A DNA stretch of 63,156 nucleotides, counting the filler, from Aduncisulcus paluster (lineage: Eukaryota): NCBI GenBank assembly GCA_024181965.1. It is 15 parts of 15 records of this genome, joined end to end, with 100 filler letters (N's around TTAATTAATTAA, not from the genome) between each part and the next. Parts side by side here need not be neighbours in the genome. Positions count along the whole stretch, not along the records: positions 45,813 to 57,136 come from BQXS01010236.1; positions 57,237 to 59,415 come from BQXS01010237.1; 13 more parts are not named here. The stretch is one strand, 5' to 3'. Each line of letters starts with the position of its first letter. Position 1 is the stretch's first letter. Under the pieces are notes generated by a model, which was not told where the DNA came from, made no database searches, and was given only the letters and a program-made list of their open reading frames with translations. Positions 46,376-58,661 of this stretch are shown piece by piece. The position numbers were made by a program, and so were the translations under genes.

Positions 46376-48868
46376 TCACTTTCTCTTGTACTTTCCTTTT
46401 GATTTGAATGATTTATGTTGTCTTTTAAATTTAACGCTTTTTTGCCGTTTAAGTCTCATTGCTGTTAATTTCAAGGCGTCTAATTCGCTAGTACCCTTGG
46501 AAGTTCCCTCTTTCCTCTTCCTTTCTTTTAATTCTTTCCTCTTCTCTCTCCTCTTTTCTTTTTTCTGTTGCTTCTTTACAGCAAAACGCTTGGCTCCTTC
46601 AGTTGTACCCATTCCACCTCTTTCAAGGTCTCCAATCAACCCACGAAGCATCTTATGGCTAATCTTTCCTTCTCTCTGTTCCCGCTCCAACTTTTTTGTT
46701 TTACGCACAACGAAACCAGCACGTCCTTCCGTAAATGTTTTACGTTGCTCTCTTTTTTGTTTTCTCGACAAACGATGGTGAGGTAAGGCTTCTTCAACGC
46801 TTGAATCGTTCATAGGTTTATGCGACTTTTGTTTCAGGAGAGCACGTTGTTGCTGAGCTTTTGAAATAATCTGATGCTTCGGACCCTTAGTATTGCCAGT
46901 TGCTTTTTCTTCCTCTTCCTCTTTTTCTTCGTCATCTTCAACATCTTTCTCTTCTTCTTCTTCTTCTTCTTCCCCTTCTGAGGATTCATCGCCACCAAGA
47001 TGCAAGCCTTCGAACATGGAATTCTTTTCTTTCCTCTTTTTCTTTCCAGACTCAGAATTTTCCTCTTTCCCTTCCTCGTTGTCACCTGAATAAAGTTCCC
47101 TCTCTTCCTCAGCTTCTTCTCCTCTCTCAAGAGAAGGGAAACTACGACCCTCACCCATGTGTCCTTCAAGGAGCTTCTCGGTCCGCTCGATCTCTTTGCG
47201 GGCTTGAAGGGCAGTGAGCCTACGAGTGGCATTTTTGGCAACACGAACACGGAGAACACGCTTCCAAGAATCAAGGACAATGGCAGGTATGACTCTTCTA
47301 TCAACCTTGTTCTCTTTGCCCCATACTCCAGTATCCTTAAGACAACGTTTGAGAAGTGTTCGTTGTTGCTCATATTGGGCACTGTGCTTGGAATCCTTCG
47401 ACATTGAGGAATCCTTGGTTTTCTTACCCCTTTGACGCTCATCAAGCATGCAAACACACACACCACTGCGACCGGCTCTAGCCGTACGACCGGCCATATG
47501 GACGAAATCATCAACAACCTGGGGAATATAACACATCACAACAGCTCCAACATCCTGGACATCGATACCACGACTGGCAACATTCGTGGCCACCAACACA
47601 CGAGCAGAGCCACTTCTGAAGGCATCGAGAGAAGATGTACGTTGGGCTTGTGTGAGTTCACCATGGATCTCAACAATCTCATCATCTACATCAAAATCAA
47701 ATATCGTTTCTTCTTCTTGTTTCTTTTTCGGTCTTTCTATTATCATTGCTTCCTCTTCTTCCTCTTCTTCCTCTTCTCCTTCTTCTTCCTCCTTTTCTTC
47801 CTCTTCTTCTTTTTCTCTCCTCTCTTTTTCCTCTCTTCTTCTCCTAGCCTCTTCCTTCCTGCGTTTCTCCTTGATTCCCTCACACAAAACAGCACGAGTC
47901 ACTCTACAATCGAGCCGAGTACGGCAGAATATAATAACCTTGCACTGCGAGAGAGGAGGTCTTGTGAGCATTGCAAGAAGGGATGCATGGCGCTCAAGGA
48001 GCATCTTATGACCACTGTACACAAGACGATCCACTTTGGCAGTCGTAGGCCCAGCACTTTCAGTTGGTCCAAGGTGGGGACGGAGTGGGAGAACTTCAAA
48101 AGATAACGTTGGGGGAAGCATATGTTTTGATGAATGCTTGGCATCAAAATCCATTCTATTCGAAACTCCATCTTCCTCCTGATCAGTAAGAACAGAAAAG
48201 CCAAGGGCTTCGCGAGGATCAATACTAATGCTCATAGGAGAGTTCAGAGAAAGACGAGCTAACTGGTTCACTCCTGAATTCATGGTTGCAGAAAATAACA
48301 TCGTTTGACGCTTTCCTCCTCCTCTCCGATATTTGGGAAGAGATTTGATGAGGTGGTTCACATGTCGTTGAAATCCCATTTCTAATAATTTATCAGCTTC
48401 ATCCAGAACCAATATTTCAAGAGAAGAAACATCAAATCCACTTGTATTCGCAAGATGATCAATTAGACGTCCTGGGGTAGCAATTACAACATCTGGAAAT
48501 GATAATAAAGCTTCAGCTTCAGCCTTAATGGATACACCTCCAATGGCTGTACATATCCTCAAATGAACACGTTCTTTACATAAATCTTTAAAAACTTTTG
48601 CAACTTGTTGAGCAAGCTCACGAACTGGACATAGAATTATGCATCGAACAGATCCAGTGTTAGTAGAGTGATGAAGTCGCTCAATAATTGGAATAGCGAA
48701 TGCCCCTGTCTTCCCAGAACCAGTCATAGATGATACATAAAGGTCATTTCCAGCGATAGCCACGGGAATGGTTTTCGTTTGTACTGGAGTGGGATTGGAC
48801 CAACCAAGACCAAATATAACTTTCAAAAGCGATCTGCAGATGGCCATAGATGACCATTCATTCTCCAT
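46376..48868 (-). CDS. DDX27: DEAD-box RNA helicase, DDX27/Drs1-type (60S biogenesis)
   Basis: Q motif PTPVQ, TGSGKT, PVRELAQQ, TPGRLIDHL, LVLDEAD, SAT, IHGELTQAQR, ASRGIDV, HMAGRTARAG and a C-terminal FKSKGKYKRK. Confidence 0.88.
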   Translation of the reverse strand: MENEWSSMAICRSLLKVIFGLGWSNPTPVQTKTIPVAIAGNDLYVSSMTGSGKTGAFAIPIIERLHHSTNTGSVRCIILCPVRELAQQVAKVFKDLCKERVHLRICTAIGGVSIKAEAEALLSFPDVVIATPGRLIDHLANTSGFDVSSLEILVLDEADKLLEMGFQRHVNHLIKSLPKYRRGGGKRQTMLFSATMNSGVNQLARLSLNSPMSISIDPREALGFSVLTDQEEDGVSNRMDFDAKHSSKHMLPPTLSFEVLPLRPHLGPTESAGPTTAKVDRLVYSGHKMLLERHASLLAMLTRPPLSQCKVIIFCRTRLDCRVTRAVLCEGIKEKRRKEEARRRREEKERREKEEEEEKEEEEGEEEEEEEEEAMIIERPKKKQEEETIFDFDVDDEIVEIHGELTQAQRTSSLDAFRSGSARVLVATNVASRGIDVQDVGAVVMCYIPQVVDDFVHMAGRTARAGRSGVCVCMLDERQRGKKTKDSSMSKDSKHSAQYEQQRTLLKRCLKDTGVWGKENKVDRRVIPAIVLDSWKRVLRVRVAKNATRRLTALQARKEIERTEKLLEGHMGEGRSFPSLERGEEAEEERELYSGDNEEGKEENSESGKKKRKEKNSMFEGLHLGGDESSEGEEEEEEEEKDVEDDEEKEEEEEKATGNTKGPKHQIISKAQQQRALLKQKSHKPMNDSSVEEALPHHRLSRKQKREQRKTFTEGRAGFVVRKTKKLEREQREGKISHKMLRGLIGDLERGGMGTTEGAKRFAVKKQQKKEKRREKRKELKERKRKEGTSKGTSELDALKLTAMRLKRQKSVKFKRQHKSFKSKGKYKRK

Positions 48869-49087
48869 TTCTGGGTGATTTATCTATTCTGGTGGCCAAA
48901 GAGATGATTGGCTTGAAGCTCAGTTATATAAGGAAAATTAGATAATACAGGATGACCATTTTTTAAATAAAGATTTTTTTCTTCGAAATACTTTTACAAT
49001 TTCAAGTTTTTTGTGAATCACTTTGATTTTCAAAATACATTATGGAAAAGTGTGATTTTTGATTTCCACCTTTGCTACAGCCAGAAT

Positions 49088-50026
49088 ATGAAAAGTCTTA
49101 ATTTGGTATTCTTAGCCTTCTTGGTCTTTGTTATTTCTGTTTCTGCCGCTCCTCTTGCTGGTGGTAAAGGAAAGAAACAACCCTTCAACCTCTACTCCTT
49201 TATGTCTGGTTCCTGGGCTACTACTCACATCCCTGTTGAGAACAATGTTTTGGCCGCTCTTTCTGAAGAAGTTCCCTTCGAGGTTACTGAATTTGAATTG
49301 AGCGCTCCTGTCAAGGGTGACGCTAGTGGAATTATGAACGGATTCGCTTTCCACCTTGACGAAGCCACCAAAGAAAGGACTGACGAGCTTTGTATCAGGA
49401 TTGTCCCCACTATTGTTACCAAAGAAATTGAGCCAGAAGACGAAGATGATGAAGTTGAGACTGTGACTGAAATTTCTCAGGAAGAATTCACTATCTTGTA
49501 CGCCCCTCACCCAGGCTACGAAATGGTTATGCCTGAGGATGCCGATGAAGATGACGAGCCCATCAAGACCATGAAGCAGATAGATGAGTCTACCTTCTCC
49601 ACCTTTGCCGTTATCAACATCAAGTCCACTCCTGCTGGTTCCAAGATTGCTTTCTCCTCTGAGAGCAAGACTCCTTTCCAGGTTGTCATCACTGGTGGAA
49701 TGGGCTTTGAAGTTTTCTTCGGAGACAAGACTATCCTCTCCTTCAAGAAGAACCCTCATCAACAACCCCAGCCTTTGTGGCAGCGTCTTATGTCTCCCAT
49801 TATGATGGTTGTTATGATGTTCGTTCAGATGAAAATGAACCCCCAGAAGCAACAAATGATGCAACAACAACAAGCCCAAAGAGCCGCTCAAGCCCAAGCT
49901 GAAGGACAAACTGAAGGTGAAGGTGAAGCCCAAGGTGAAGGTGAAGCCCAAGGCGAAGAGGGTGAGGCTGCCGAGGAAGGTGAAGGTGTTGTCGCTGATG
50001 AAGCCGTTGCTGAAGTTCAAGAGTAA
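49088..50026 (+). CDS. Type I membrane/secretory-pathway protein: signal peptide, acidic luminal domain, Met-rich TM and Q/E-rich tail
   Basis: Signal MKSLNLVFLAFLVFVISVSA; TM LMSPIMMVVMMFV; strong C/T-ending codon bias. Confidence 0.8.
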   Translation: MKSLNLVFLAFLVFVISVSAAPLAGGKGKKQPFNLYSFMSGSWATTHIPVENNVLAALSEEVPFEVTEFELSAPVKGDASGIMNGFAFHLDEATKERTDELCIRIVPTIVTKEIEPEDEDDEVETVTEISQEEFTILYAPHPGYEMVMPEDADEDDEPIKTMKQIDESTFSTFAVINIKSTPAGSKIAFSSESKTPFQVVITGGMGFEVFFGDKTILSFKKNPHQQPQPLWQRLMSPIMMVVMMFVQMKMNPQKQQMMQQQQAQRAAQAQAEGQTEGEGEAQGEGEAQGEEGEAAEEGEGVVADEAVAEVQE

Positions 50027-50278
50027 TTGTAAATATTTGAATTCTAATTCTTCCCTTTGAAAAACTTCTAAATATAGTAAAACAACATTATCTATCCTTC
50101 ATTGGAATATCTTTGTTCGCTTTTCGAACATCCATAATATCAAATTGAAAGCATTGGATAGAATAACATTTGAATAACATTTGAATAAAATGTTTGCGAT
50201 CTTTAATATTTTACGCGAATTAATAGATGTTTTCCCAAGTATTTTCGAACGGTATTTAAAAATTGATGTTTGACACCT

Positions 50279-53200
50279 ATGATGGCATTATCCGAATTTC
50301 CACTAATATCTAAGGGTAAATATTCATCAGAAAATATGTCCGTCTTTAAATCTTTTGCGAAATTCAACCCTAAGACAAAAATCATTCCAAAAGACGTTAT
50401 TAAGGTGATTAATACGATATGTAATGCAACAAAATTGTGTGAAATTGCATTACCACCTTCATTTTTTATTAAATCATATGAATTTCTTGAAAAAATTTCT
50501 CCAAGTCGTGATCTTGTATGTAAGAATAAGTTTTATGGATAAATTCCTTTTTGCACTTCTCTTTTTGAACAAATGATAATATTAATTTTCTTATAAAAAC
50601 AAATTCTATGCACTTTTCCATAAAATTAATGCAGAATGACAGTGTCGTCTTCAGTATAATGCTCCTTGCTAGTCCCAAGGGATCTATGCAATATATCAGT
50701 AATTATCTTCATAATAAGAGCAAAATGCGTCTAGAAATCGAAAATTCCATGCAATATTGTTCCGACCCAACAGTTATCGAAACCATACACTTTACTACCC
50801 AAAAACATAAGGACCAGACTTTAGATATTTATAATTCGTTTGTAAATATGCATTCACTTATATCTCTTGGTCTGTTAAAAAAATATACAAAGAATATTAT
50901 CTTTCAGAAACAAAATAATGAATATTCTCCAGATATTTTCCCTTCTACGGCATATCCTGCAATAGAAGAAGGGCATTTTAATATACTTTCTCCAAGATCT
51001 TCGATAAATCGACATACTTTACTGTGTATACTGTATATATCTTATGTGATATATGTCATTGATTTTCTCTTCGATAACTCCGCTAAAATCAACATTACTA
51101 CTGATAAATATGAAAAACCTATTCAAATTTCACTTCTTTTAACGTTATTTCAAGACTTTGAGGCCTCATTTACTTACCCGTCTAGTATTGAAGATTGGAC
51201 CGAATATCTTGCCTCATTCCAGTGTAAATATTCTCAAGACCACGCTAAAAAGCTATTAATAGCGGCTATTATGCTTTGCTCTACGCTTGAAACAACTGTC
51301 AACACTTGGATGTCAGAGGAACTCTCAATTTATGAAAAAAACTGGCAAGATGCCGATGAGGTTAAAGAAGAAGAAATGAAGGAATCTGACGACACTGATA
51401 TTTCAACAAAAATGAGTTCTTCTAAGCAATCTTCCTCATCTCTCCTTGACTCCCCTTGTTTTTTTGAAGGAATTCAAACAATATGTGATAGTATTGCTGG
51501 ATTTTTAGGTCATTCTGAATCATCTTCCGGTCCTTTATTCTCTCAAACTCTTTTGACAATTGTTTTTGATCTATTTATAGCTTATGGACACTCAACTGCC
51601 TCATCTGTGCCCAGCCCTTCTTCTAAGTCTGTTAAGACCGAACAATCGAAGTATTTCAGTTCACAGGTGTTATATAATCATACAATGGATAATGATAAGG
51701 ATTGCTGTTGGTTCTCTGATCTTTCACCATCTCTTGCTTGCTCCGTCAACCACTCACTGTCCTATGATTCTCTGAAAGGATTCTCACCCCTTTCGCTTAT
51801 AAGGACTATCATTATTAAATATTCCAGCCTCTCAGTCCAGACTGATAACTCTGCACACTCGGGAATTCCTTCTCTTGCAGTTCCATCTACATGGATTGAT
51901 TGGCACAAACAAGACTCATCGGTATCAGACCCATCTTTACCACAGTTCTTCTCTCATTTTCCGGCATTCTCCTTGTTCATTTCAAACTTCTTTTCCACCA
52001 AACAGGAGAAGAAGCCTTCAATGCCATTCATGTTTTCTCAAAAGGATTGTACAATCGTTTCAAGGGGATATAGGAACCTTGTGATGACTCTTCAAAACAA
52101 CAGAGAAAGTGATGATCATATTTCTTTCTCATCCAAAGATAGAATACTTGAGAAACAACAACAAGAAAAAGATGAAGCTAATGAAGAAGAGGTTGGAAAG
52201 AAAGAGGAAGAAGAAGATGATGAAGAAATCCGAGAACAAACAGATTCGAAGACGTCTTTCTTCTCTCAAGATCAACACCACATCAAGTTTCCTTCTAGTT
52301 GTAAGAACCATCTTTCATGTCTGCCTCGTTTTCTATTTTCTCAGATATGTTCCGTTGTTTCTTCCCTTCCTGATGCTCTTTTCTCCACGGAAGAGGTGTA
52401 TTACACGATGTTTATGTCTGTTCTTGTGTATAGAAATGCACTGATCCATTCCATACTATTCTCTTATATTAATGAAGGCTTGAGTCCATTCACTGATGCT
52501 CTGCCATTGTTCACTCCATTGAGTGAAATCCAGATGGACGTTATTGGCGGATGTTTGGTTCTATCCAAAATACACTCTCATCTTCATTGTGGAAAAATGG
52601 CCACAGAAAAGAGTTCCCCCAAACCTCAATCACGAACTACATTCATTTCTCTGGCTCTCCAAGAACAAAAACAAGCCCAAGAACAAGAAAAATTAGTCCT
52701 TGATGCTCTTCACCTCCTTTCTCAGCCCTGTATATCCCCCCCAATGCTTACTAAAGAGGAGCGAGAAGAGCTGATTCGGAAAGAGGAGGAGAAAAAACGG
52801 AAAGATGAAGCCTTGAATGAATATATGGATTATTGGAAACTCCGACAGATCCACTCCCCTGCCGCTCTTCCTCCTCCCCCATCATCTTCTCCTCTCCTTC
52901 TTCTCACTCATTCTCGGTCTGCGTTTGGAATCATGCGCAGAGATCCGTCAGAACAATCAGATGATAGTCCAGGTCATGCTAGAAGGAATTTATTGGATTC
53001 ATTCTGTTCGTGTGGATCCAATGTATTCTTCCATGACAGTATGAACACACAGGGGAAACAGGCTCTCTCGCCAGAATCTAAACTTCATGTCGATAATATC
53101 AAGGAAAAAGATCATGAAGAAAAGGAAAGGAGGAAAATTGAAAAGGGGGGGGAGAGAGACATGAAGGTTCCTGAAGAAGCAAAGTCTTCAGGATCAGATT

Positions 53201-56200
53201 TTCACATAAAAGAGCATCATACAAGAAAGAAATGTAATTGTTCATTCGATTTCAATATTCCAGCCTCTTTGTATTTCTCAACTCTTCCTCCCCTTTCTTC
53301 CCATCCTCCCTGCCTGTCTGAAGGTCTGCTTTGCACAGAAAAGGATATGCTCGTTTCTTCCGTGTCTTCTCATTCCCTATTTTTATTTAGATTCTTAGTC
53401 ATTAGCGGTATAATCCATTCTCCCCAGTTTTTTGTGNNNNNNNNNNNNNNNNNNNNGAAAATTGAAAAGGGGGGGGAGAGAGACATGAAGGTTCCTGAAG
53501 AAGCAAAGTCTTCAGGATCAGATTTTCACATAAAAGAGCATCATACAAGAAAGAAATGTAATTGTTCATTCGATTTCAATATTCCAGCCTCTTTGTATTT
53601 CTCAACTCTTCCTCCCCTTTCTTCCCATCCTCCCTGCCTGTCTGAAGGTCTGCTTTGCACAGAAAAGGATATGCTCGTTTCTTCCGTGTCTTCTCATTCC
53701 CTATTTTTATTTAGATTCTTAGTCATTAGCGGTATAATCCATTCTCCCCAGTTTTTTGTGTCGATATGTGGGTTATTTCATTCTGTTGAGTTCCACTGTG
53801 ACTTGGTTATCGAAGTTTTCAGAGGAGTGCTGTTCAGTGTGATAAATAAGGATTGCTGTCTTGAAGAAGGGGAAAGAATCGGTGAGACAAAGGAGGATAC
53901 GATCCCAAATAAGACATTTAACCGCCTTTCAACACTCGTTGGAAGCTCATCATTCCTTGTTTCCTCATCCTCACAAAAAACATCAAAAACTTCAAGTAGA
54001 ATCCTTGAACAACTTATCCCGATTTGTATTGAACAAATGACACGACAATCAAACTCTAAACTTGATGATATTGATTCTGAAAAATCTATTGAAATACCCA
54101 ACGATCTTGAAAAGAGTCTTGTGATCGTAGATGCAATCAAGGGTGATACTCATGATGAAAAGAGAGAGAGGAATGATATGCTCCGTCAAGAGTTGCAAAA
54201 CTCTTCCACTTCATTTGAATTATCTCTTTTCCCTTCTTTTTTGAATCCCTTTTCATTCCTTCATTCGATATGCCTTCCAAGAATCCATTTCTTCCACGTT
54301 GTTGATCAATTTGTTTCCAATTTCTGTCAAGAAACAATGCAAAAACTGGGGACTTTTCTTGTTCGATTAAAGGGCTGGCAAAAAAGTGTCAATCTCAAGG
54401 AATACTCACTAGAATGCGTTTGCACGGCAGCACAAAGAATTTGTCACGGCTTATTTTCAAGAGAACTTGATAATCTTGTGTATGAGATTAATTCTTTGGA
54501 ATCCTCATCCTCTTTGCATGAGTCTGAGGCTAAAATATCCCAAAAAAAGCAAAAACTTTCCGATCAAACTTACTCTAAAAATCTTTCAGCTTTACTTTGT
54601 AATTCCACTCTTTTGCAGACCGTTCTGTTAATTTCTCATTCTTTGCTTGATGCCTCTTTCCTGCATGGTGTTGTAAAATGTATGTCACTTCTGTTACGTG
54701 TTCTTGTCTGTAACGTTGGCGTTGGCGTTGAGGAATTAGGAATCAAACGATACGGTAGACCTAAAAAGGAAGAAAAGCAAAAAGATGACGGAAAGATGGG
54801 CAGAACAGTCTCCTCAAAACACCATGAGGCTGTCTATTCCAAGCCAGTCAATTCAAGTCTTCCTTCATCATCTGCAAATTCTACAGGAACAGTATCAAGG
54901 GATTCAACAAATCCATTTGCCTACGAGAAAAAGCAAACTTACTCTAAAAATCTTTCAGCTTTACTTTGTAATTCCACTCTTTTGCAGACCGTTCTGTTAA
55001 TTTCTCATTCTTTGCTTGATGCCTCTTTCCTGCATGGTGTTGTAAAATGTATGTCACTTCTGTTACGTGTTCTTGTCTGTAACGTTGGCGTTGGCGTTGA
55101 GGAATTAGGAATCATCCGATCAAACTTACTCTAAAAATCTTTCAGCTTTACTTTGTAATTCCACTCTTTTGCAGACCGTTCTGTTAATTTCTCATTCTTT
55201 GCTTGATGCCTCTTTCCTGCATGGTGTTGTAAAATGTATGTCACTTCTGTTACGTGTTCTTGTCTGTAACGTTGGCGTTGGCGTTGAGGAATTAGGAATC
55301 AAACGATACGGTAGACCTAAAAAGGAAGAAAAGCAAAAAGATGACGGAAAGATGGGCAGAACAGTCTCCTCAAAACACCATGAGGCTGTCTATTCCAAGC
55401 CAGTCAATTCAAGTCTTCCTTCATCATCTGCAAATTCTACAGGAACAGTATCAAGGGATTCAACAAATCCATTTGCCTACGAGAAAAAGCAAACGATCAG
55501 CGATTCCCATAATGATGCTCTGAATGTAAACTTAAGACACTTATATAATGATATTTACACAAGATTGTTCCGTGATGTTATAAGTCAGCCTCTGAAAACA
55601 CTTTCTCATCAACTAAAGGATGAGAGGGAAAAGGGTGGGAAGTGTGAGGAAGAAACGAATTTCTTATGTCTGATGAAGAGGAATTTAAAAGACTATGAGG
55701 CCGAATCGAGAGCATTTTCAACGTCACCCCACACTATCAGTGAATCTTCTTCTTCTTCAATGTCAAGCCAAGAGGACATAACCGAACCTGGGAAGATGCG
55801 CGAGAAAGAATGGGACCAAAGTATGCCAAGGAGTCAAAGCAGCCAGGAAGAGTTCGAGGAGTTTTCATCTCGTCATTTGATTATTTCTCCAATGTCTCCA
55901 TTTTCCTTGAAACGTGCCAAGGGGATAGTTGGAGTTGATGCTGAAAGGATTATTGATAGAATGGCTGAAAATGAGTCAAGAGAAGAGACAAAACAAGCAA
56001 TATATTCAAGAGATCACCTTGAATTGAAAAAAGAACCCAAAGAAGATCGGATCTGTGATATTGAATCTATCGAACTGAGTTCCAATATGAATGTTATTCA
56101 TCTCCATCCATTCGAAAATAATGATTTTCTCACAATGCGTATGGTGTCAAAACCTTCTGACATGCCTCGTCATGTTCCAATTCCCAAAGAGCCCTCTTTT

Positions 56201-56512
56201 TCAGTGGTGGGTTCCTCTTCATCATCTGAAAGTTCTGTGTCTTCTGCACATATTCCCTACCATTCTGAAGGTACTTCGTTGAATGTATTTGAACAGGCAA
56301 CTGGAGTAAGCACGAAACCCACCATTTCACCGCCAATTCCTTCATTGAGTGCTCTTACACAAACCCACTCGCATACTACTGTTGGCTCAGGCAAACGTAG
56401 AAGTATCAATGCAAATATCGTAAAACTTGCTCATTTACTTGAGAAGGAAGAACTTGAGTCGCATATTGATGACGGATTCGAGGAGGAAAAGAGGAAATTA
56501 CGCAAGAAGTGA
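50279..56512 (+). CDS. Very large hypothetical protein (roughly 1800 aa after removing duplications); intron 50516..50634; weak THOC2-like hint
   Basis: A 119-nt GTATGT..GCAG intron joins ORF 50270 to ORF 50608 in phase 0. ORFs 50608..55134 and 55169..56512 are broken only by a locally triplicated block. FLHSICLPRI resembles THOC2 FLQxCIFPRC (weak). Confidence 0.65.
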
Positions 56513-57236
56513 CTCTAAATAACAAAGATGGCATTGCACCGAATCACTACTCCTCATTGATCACTCAATCCATTCAAATTTCTTCTTAATATAAGTTATT
56601 TCTCAACATTTTCAAATAATTTCATAATTATATTTTCATGGTTTTATTTCTTTTTTTTTTCCTTTTTTTTTTTTCTTTGAGCGTGTCAGAACATGATTTT
56701 CTTGCATGTTCTTTGCCAATACCAATCATAGAGCTTCCTCGTTCCCAACTATGATTTATCACTTGGCACAGAATAGAATTCGTTTAATTCGCTGACCGTG
56801 ACTTCCCAATAATATGTCTACAAGAAGTAAACTTGCCAACGCTCATTGAGTGAGAAGAACTCACTCGTCTGACAGGGTGTTTTTGTTTTTGTTTGATTTT
56901 TGCCTCACATTTGATCTTTTGGCACCATTATCCCATTTTGTCCCTCTGGTAATTCATATTTACCATTGACCATATTCATTATATCCATTACTACCCCCAT
57001 AAATGTGTTTATTCCCTGCTAATTTTCTACGTCTGCCTCAAAAAGCTGTTTTCTTTGCATCTATTTTAATAATATGTGTACTTGCCACGATATTATTACC
57101 CGATCAGCGATTCCCATAATGATGCTCTGAATGTAANNNNNNNNNNNNNNNNNNNNNNNNNNNNNNNNNNNNNNNNNNNNTTAATTAATTAANNNNNNNN
57201 NNNNNNNNNNNNNNNNNNNNNNNNNNNNNNNNNNNN

Positions 57237-57384
57237 TCTGGAATTTTTAGTTCGTTGGTTTGGATTTGATGAGTCAGAGAATAGTTGGGAAAAGCTAGAA
57301 TCGATCAATGAGTCGATAGCTTTGGATAAGTACCTTGACGATCATCCAGAACTAAAACCATGGTGTCCAGAAGATAGTAAATAA
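57237..57384 (+). mobile_element. Chromodomain at the C-terminus of a Ty3/gypsy (chromovirus-type) integrase
   Basis: LEFLVRWFGFDESENSWEKLESINESIALDKYL...* (absent from the ORF track), followed by a polypurine tract and LTR. Confidence 0.8.
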
Positions 57385-57477
57385 GATTTATTCGATTATA
57401 ATAAGTTTTATTAGGAAAATTCAAAGATCATAGTCGATTATGGTGCAGAAGTGCAGCCAGAAGATGCTGGTAGGGGA

Positions 57478-58107
57478 TGTTCGCCAAGGATAGGCAACAG
57501 AATGACAGCAATAGGAAGCTTAGACCCATTTAAAAGAAGACATAACATCGAGTCAAGGAGGAAGAAAAGCCAATATTATCGAAAATATTCTGGAGACGGA
57601 GGGAATACTTTATATTATGAAGATGTTAAAGAGTACAGACCAAAATGGTGCGCCAAGGATGGAAGGAGGACGAAACATCTCTAGAACCATGTCGAGTGTC
57701 TTTTCTGATGATATCAAGAGGAGGACGAAGTCAAAAGGCATTATTAACAAAAACAATCTTCACAGACACCGATATTAGAAAATTGTCGAGTAAGATCAAC
57801 GAACTCATCACCATAAATGAGCACAGCAAAGCAACGATAATACAGGAATTAATTAGGAGATAAGCATAAGATTATAAGCTTAAAAGCTCAATTATGCTAA
57901 TAGGATACGAAAAATTTCTTTTCATACGTAATTGCAAGGAAAAGGAGATCGATTTTGGGGAAATCGATGTAAGATTCAGGATGTCGAAAATTACAGTGAT
58001 TTCATAATTACATGAAGATATAGGCTTCAAAAACAGTATTATTTTCTTGATACGTGCAAAGAATGAGGAGATACAGACTATCGAGTTAACAAGCATTTTT
58101 ACGAACA
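57478..58107 (+). mobile_element. Putative 3' LTR (630 bp) preceded by a polypurine tract
   Basis: GGTAGGGGA (57469-57477) lies immediately before TGTTCG. The end CGAACA (58102-58107) is a perfect 6-bp terminal inverted repeat. Confidence 0.65.
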
Positions 58108-58326
58108 TTATAAATTAGGGGTGTTAATGGACTTATATCCATCCTATTTTTGCGTATATTAAATTTTTAAGTTATATTAAAATGGTCGAGAAAATGGCCA
58201 AACGAACCATGTTGGGCAAACTGAAAAAATCGAAAATGCTTAAGACACAATTAAATTTTTTTATCGACAATTTGGGGATAAAATAATCATGTTTTCGCGT
58301 ATTAATAGTTATAAAAATATAAATTA

Positions 58327-58661
58327 TGTTATATTACATTTTAGATGTATGCTTTCGTTTCTGATTGTTTTTGGAGGGGAAGGAAATGAGATATTGGAGA
58401 GAGAGGATAGGAAGGTCTTAGAAATCGCTGAATATACAAGCTTAGAAGGACTGAGGTATGGTTGCGAAAGTTGTAGCCTCACGCAAGGATGAAAAGATCT
58501 CATTGAGGAGATGGAGATCTGGATAGTGGGGTCCCCGACTGATTTTGGGGAGGAATGATGTAATAGACCGTTCCGGGACTCAGGTGCCGGCCCGCCGTGT
58601 TTCTCACCGGTTCTAAAAATAGATAATTAGCGTCAATCTTTATTTTAATAAATGTATCACA
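58327..58661 (-). mobile_element. Second LTR-like segment (335 bp) interrupting the RT fragment
   Basis: Begins TGTGATA exactly where RT homology stops and ends TATAACA (6/7 inverted match). No target-site duplication is visible. Confidence 0.45.

Noticed and set aside
54560..55495. Triplicated ~185-bp block causing a frameshift in the large ORF
   Set aside because: The copies appear identical, are joined at micro-homologies and lie on the scaffold with the chimeric end, so a gap-filling artefact is more likely than real exon duplication.
45916..57136. 411-bp inverted repeats as TIRs of an 11-kb element carrying DDX27
   Set aside because: The second copy sits at the scaffold end and is fused to 36 nt copied from 55494..55529, the edge of another locally duplicated block. 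There is no transposase or TSD, so it is most likely a misassembly; long reads would settle it.
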